Assembly (NCBI RefSeq): GCF_036321535.1
Contig: NC_087452.1
Location: 1,426,001-1,490,000 of the forward strand
Reading direction: 5' to 3'
Origin: Camelus dromedarius
Lineage: Eukaryota
Length of the DNA stretch: 64,000 nt
Shown here: positions 58,867 to 64,000 of the stretch, one piece after another
Numbering within the stretch: the first letter of the stretch is position 1
Layout: each line of letters starts with the position of its first letter
The notes under the pieces: model-generated
Seen by the model: only the letters and a program-made list of their open reading frames with translations
Databases searched by the model: none
What the model was told of the DNA's origin: nothing
Position numbers and translations under genes: made by a program

Positions 58867-59399
58867 CCAGGCGAATAGGCCCACTGGCAGAGCGGCCATG
58901 GTGCTCTGAACGTAAGCCCCCCAAGAGCAGAGATTCTTGCTTGTCTTATGCACCATGTGGCCTCCACACCCAGAACAGTGCCTGGCATCTAGGTGTTCAA
59001 CACCTAGGAGGAGGCCACTCTGCTCTCAGAGCGACACACCTGCGTCGGAGCCTGCTTGCTCCAAGTCCCTGTTCCACGCTGAGAGGACGTGGGCAGGGTG
59101 GCTGTGGAGCACGAGGAGCAGGGCGCCCTGAGCCAGGGTCCCAGGGATGCTCCCCTCTCTGTCCCGATGCGGTGGGGCATCTGGGACCTGACGGAAGGCA
59201 TGCCGGCTGGCACAGGACCCTTGCTTCCCAGCCCCGAGTGAGCGCCTTGCCTGCCCCAACAGTCTGGGATGAGAAGAGTGAAAGGAGAGCTCCCCGGACA
59301 GGGGGTGTCAGGGCCACGAGGGAACAAGGAGGCTGGCAGTCAGAAATACTCGTCATCGCGAGCACAGGGAACCCGAGAGGAGGAGGATCAGGGCCAGAA

Positions 59400-60705
59400 G
59401 AAGTCAGTCTGATCAGGGACAGATGACTCGAGTGACTTGTAATTAGGGACAGTAAAGCAGTGGGGAGATGATGTCATTCAGACATGACTTGATCACAGAT
59501 CTTGGTGACCAGAGTGTTCGCTGACTGGATATGTCATTAATCACTGACCAGGGACACGGGGGACTGAGAATGTGGGTGCCAGGAGTGTTGGTGCCATGTC
59601 CTTGATGAGCAAGGGCAGAGGAGATATTGGTGATCAGACTCGGTGACTAGAGACACCCAGAGATCTTGGTGGTGTGTGATCTACTGGATCAAAGGCACTG
59701 ATGGTTGGAGAAATTGGTGATCAGAGACACAGTGACTGGTGACCTTGATGATCAGGGAGGTTGGCGATTGGTGCTACTGGTGATTGGGGTGTAAGGGACA
59801 CTGGTCATCAGGGACTCGAAAGGCAAGACGGATCAGCCATCACTGTCGCTGGGCCCTAGAGAGCTCGGTGATTGATGCTGAGCAGTCGGGGTTGTTGGAA
59901 ACCAGAGTCACTGGTGACCACATTGGTAGAAAGTTTGATGGTAAGAAGATTCCGTGCTCAGGGACATGGGTCATTGCTGGTTAGAGATGTTAGCGATTGG
60001 AGACGAATGACCAAGGACGTTGTTCGGAAAACATTGGTGAGCAGAAATAGTGTGACTGGAGACACTGGAGGCCACAGATAAGTGACCGGATCTGTCACTG
60101 ATTAGAAAACTGTTGATCAACGAGACTGGGGGATATGCTTCTGGATGACCTGGGACGTGAGGGACAGGGCGCGGTGGTGACCAACACACCAGTGACGGGA
60201 AGTCGGGTGGTAAGAGGAACCTGTGATCACAGACGTGGTGCAGAGAAGTGTTGGGGAGACAGACAGTGGTCACCAGAGATGCTGGGGACCAGACACACTG
60301 AACAGAAATACACACTGAATGGGAAGAGCTACCTGATGAGCAACAGGTGGGAGGAGATGTTCACAACCAGACACGTTGCTGGTGACAAGGACAGTTCCTC
60401 GGGACACCAGTGCTCACACTTTGTGGATGTCAGTGATCACATACATGCTGATCAGAGGCACTGATGAGCTACCGGTGATCACGTGTTGGCGGCCGGTTGT
60501 TAGTAATCAGAAGTCTCTGGTCACAGGCTCAGGTGATCTGACACTTCATTGATCAGGAATACCAGTCATGACGGCTATCGCCATGACCAGCACCGCTGAC
60601 TACAGCTGACAGCAGTCGGTGACACCAGTGGTCAAAGACACTGGTGATCAGGCTTGTCAGTGAGCAGGAATACTGGTGACTAGACAGACACAGGAGCTGA
60701 TCAAC
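59400..60705. repeat. Degenerate GGTGA(T/C)CA-rich array
   Basis: 13 TGATCA hexamers counted, plus many (A/C)TGGTGAC(C/T) variants. Confidence 0.75.
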
Positions 60706-61047
60706 ACCTGGAGGAAGAGGACGGGAGCGGGAGGTGCGATCAGTCCTTGCTGGGCTCTGCATGAGCTCGGGTTGCGTCCTTAGGAAAAGGATCAGCATAT
60801 GGACTAAAGGCGGCAGAAATCACAGCATTCCTGTGCCTGCCCGGGACCCACCCAGCCCCTGGGACCCCCGGTTATGTGGTAATAAGGAAATTCAGGGAGG
60901 AGCAGTTCAGGGAGGGGACGGTCAGGATCTCAGACCTGGGCCAGGCAGGGGCCCTTCCATCCCAATCAGCAGGTAAGAACTGGTCTGGGCTGGCTGACCT
61001 CCGTGCCCAGGACTCCGCAGCCTGGGTGCCCACAAGACAGGCCAGAG

Positions 61048-62635
61048 GCATCCACAAAAAGTATTTTATTATTCTGAACAGTATTCACTTTAAAGGAATA
61101 GGAAGATAGCATACAATTTTTACAGACAATATATAAATGTTGTACATAATTAACAATAACTTAGTTCACTAATCCAAAATAAAACAAGCCCAATAAAACA
61201 TAAAACCAGAAAATACTGCCGATTCTTTTTCTTACGCGGATATTGGTACAAAATAAGTTACTTCTGGCTGCGGAGCCCGGCAGCGATCGCCCGCCCGTAT
61301 TGCACTTGGCCAGCCGCGTCAGCACAGCCCGCTCCCCGGCCGGGCCCTCGCCGGCGCCGCACCCCACTGCCGCTGCACACACTCCCAGCTCAGACACAGT
61401 TATGTACAGCTGTACCTCGGGAAGGATCCAGACAGCCACTGCAGAGCAGAGCAGGACCCAGCAGGGCGTGGCCTCTCCCTCCGTCCTGGTCCTGGCTCTG
61501 ACGCAGCCCCAGCTCCTGCCTTCGCCACCTGCCAGGCCACTGGAAGTCAAGGGCAGCCGAGGACCCCCTGGTCCCCCCCCCAGCACCCCCCTGGCCCCCC
61601 ACTCCTCAGCCCAGGGCTGTGGGGTCCAAGAACTTCTCCAAACATAATAGTGAAGCTACAGCCTTGGTTTGTCCACAGCAAGGGCTTTCATGGTGACATA
61701 CAACTGACTGGACCCAAAAAGAGTTTAAAAATAAAACTAACTCATCAGCGAGTTAAGCTTATGCAGTTTTTTTTTTTAATATTTTTTCTTTTGTCTCAGA
61801 TTTGGAGGGGAGGGGGTTGAGGGGTTAGCAGAAAAAGGACGTATATACACAGGGGTCTACCTGGCCGAAAAGGCAGGCTGTGGCTCAGCCCAAAAAGGGC
61901 ACACAGGTCACACCAGCTTCAGCCTCCGGGCCAGGGGAACGATCTGGGAGATGTTTCCCCCCTCAAGAAAATGTTGTTTCCTTCCTGTGACCCAGCCCTG
62001 GCCTGGGAATCTGCGCGGGACCGCCTGTGATTGTCTCTGCCCTCCAGGGCCCTGCCTCCCTGGCCAGCACCGGCTCGGCCTCCCGGGCTGGACCGGCAGC
62101 CCCTCCTGGACTGGCCCCGCCCGGCCTGGGACCAGCTGTTCCAGAGAGGGAGCCAGAGGAGAGGGTGGGCTGAGGTCCCTGCAGACCTGCCCCCAGAGCC
62201 TGGCAAGCGGGCCAGCCAAGTGGCACTTGGCACCGAGGAAGACCCGAGAACGCGGGGCACCTCAGGCCTCCCAGGTCTCCCAGGCCTTGCTGGAAACAAG
62301 AGCAAAATAAATTACTTCTGCCCACTCCCCTCTTCTTCTGAAAACAGTTTCCTTCATTTGTCCCTTGCCGCCTCCCTTTATCTTCATAAAGTTGTCCTTT
62401 TTGCTCTCCAAACGTCTGTCCATGGTGGAAACCGCACCTGGGTGGCAGCCAGGCCCAGGCGGCCTCCCAGCCCGCGGGAATCTTCACAGTGACGGCCGAG
62501 GGAGTGGAGCGCCCACGGGCAGGCGAGGCGGCCCGGGGCTCCGGCGGCGCTGCAAGGCCGGGCAGCTAAGGCTGGGTCCACCCGTCCTGGGAGCGCCTTC
62601 CTCGGCGTGGTCTGTCGGTTCGAGTGGGGCCGTCC
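61048..62635 (-). other. GATA2: GATA2 3'UTR (~1.6 kb)
   Basis: Follows the stop codon; AU-rich terminal block matching the recalled conserved GATA2 mRNA end (ctttaaagtgaatactgt...aataaaatactttttgtg). Cleavage position is estimated. Confidence 0.85.
61065..61070 (-). terminator. GATA2: GATA2 polyadenylation signal AATAAA
   Basis: tttatt on +; several upstream UGUA motifs and a downstream GU-rich element (ugucuugug). Confidence 0.85.
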
Positions 62636-62956
<321 letters not shown>

Positions 62957-63351
62957 TCAGGGGTGGAGTTCCCTTCCCAGAGCGAGACCCCCAGCCCCAC
63001 CGCCAAATGCCCGCCATCCACCGGCGTGTCTCACAGCCTTGCTGCCCTGTGGGACAGAGCCGCACCCTGTAGGGCATTCAGGCCACCAAACGCCAGCACT
63101 GCCCCCCCACTGACACAACCCACCGAAGACTCTGGCTTTAAGCAGAGGTACCACCTCCCTTGCCCTGCTGGCCCCTGCGGTGTGGGGCACATCCTCCTGG
63201 CCGCCTGGCCAGCTTGCCCCTCTTATGGGAAGTGTAGCAGCTTCCCAAGCCAAGCCACGCCGGAGACTGGCGGGGCCTCTCCCGGCAGCACAAAGCACAG
63301 GGGTCCCCGGGGAGGGTGGGGCGGGCCGGGCGGGCGGGCGGGCGGACTCAC

Positions 63352-63477
63352 ATTGTGCAGCTTGTAGTAGAGGCCACAGGCGTTGCAGACAGGGTCCCCG
63401 TTGGCGTTCCGGCGCCATAAGGTGGTGGTTGTAGTCTGACAATTCGCACAACAGGTGCCCGCTCTCCTGGCGGCCGA
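63352..63477 (-). CDS. GATA2: GATA-binding protein 2, C-terminal zinc-finger exon
   Basis: [42 protein letters not shown] (CX2CX17CX2C); 126 nt; CAG acceptor and GTGAGT donor; in frame with the last exon. Confidence 0.98.
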
Positions 63478-64000
63478 CTGGGAGGGGAGGGGTGGCGTCA
63501 GCAGGCTGGGCTCCCACGACCCCCCGCGACCTCCCTCCCTGACCCTGGCTCCACCCCTGGCCCCCACCAACGTGGCCTGGGAGCGGCAAATGTCACAGGG
63601 GGATCAAGGCATCTCAGGGCCGTGGAATTTTAGAATCTGAGACCTAAGCCATCACACAGCTTTAGAATAAAGGGCTCTCAGGGGTCTGATCGCAGAATCA
63701 AGGGGGTCTGAAGAGCTGGAAGCAAACACTGGTCCACCTCCCGCAACCGCCAAACAAGCTAGCGCTTCGGATAGGCAAACTGAGACCCTGAGAAGGGCTC
63801 TTCAGTTCAGAAGGCTGGCTGGTTCCCACAGGACACTTGGGTCTGGAGCTGCGTTCCCACAAAATCCATAAGGCTTGGCTCGTCCGCCTCCCTGAGGCCA
63901 GAGGAGGGGGCACCGTGTAGCTGCCGGGGGCGGGAGCGTGAAGCGCTCTGGGAGCCTAGAGCAGCTCCGTGCAGTTCAGTAGCCACTGGCCATGTGGCTA

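Noticed and set aside
63478-64000. GATA2 +9.5 intronic enhancer (CATCTG-N8-AGATAA)
   Set aside because: Composite motif not present; it is expected further into this intron, beyond the window edge.

Overview
GC-rich eutherian (non-primate, probably laurasiatherian) genomic DNA with four N gaps, syntenic with human 3q21.3. It contains the last coding exon and poly(A) signal of EEFSEC (+, 9582-9772), the single-exon CDS of DNAJB8 (-, 44867-45568) inside a CpG island, and the 3' end of GATA2 (-: second zinc-finger exon 63352-63477, last coding exon 62636-62935, ~1.6 kb 3'UTR to ~61050). The rest is intronic or intergenic, with only ancient repeats recognised (MIR, L2, L1M, MLT1, MER3/33-like); nearly all ORFs in the supplied track are GC-content artefacts. 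Best leads: (1) a chain of AT-rich islands dense in GATA, homeodomain, SOX and TCF motifs (candidate GATA2 downstream enhancers, one with a perfect palindromic double GATA site); (2) an orphan CpG island with a SOX-POU composite motif; (3) a 1.3 kb TGATCA-rich degenerate array just past the GATA2 poly(A) site; (4) a 70 bp cluster of alternating inverted repeats resembling a template-switch scar; (5) apparent GC-biased remodelling of old L1s and of the DNAJB8 S/T-rich region. No clearly new gene system is evident. Comparisons with human sequences and repeat consensuses are from memory and need alignment.
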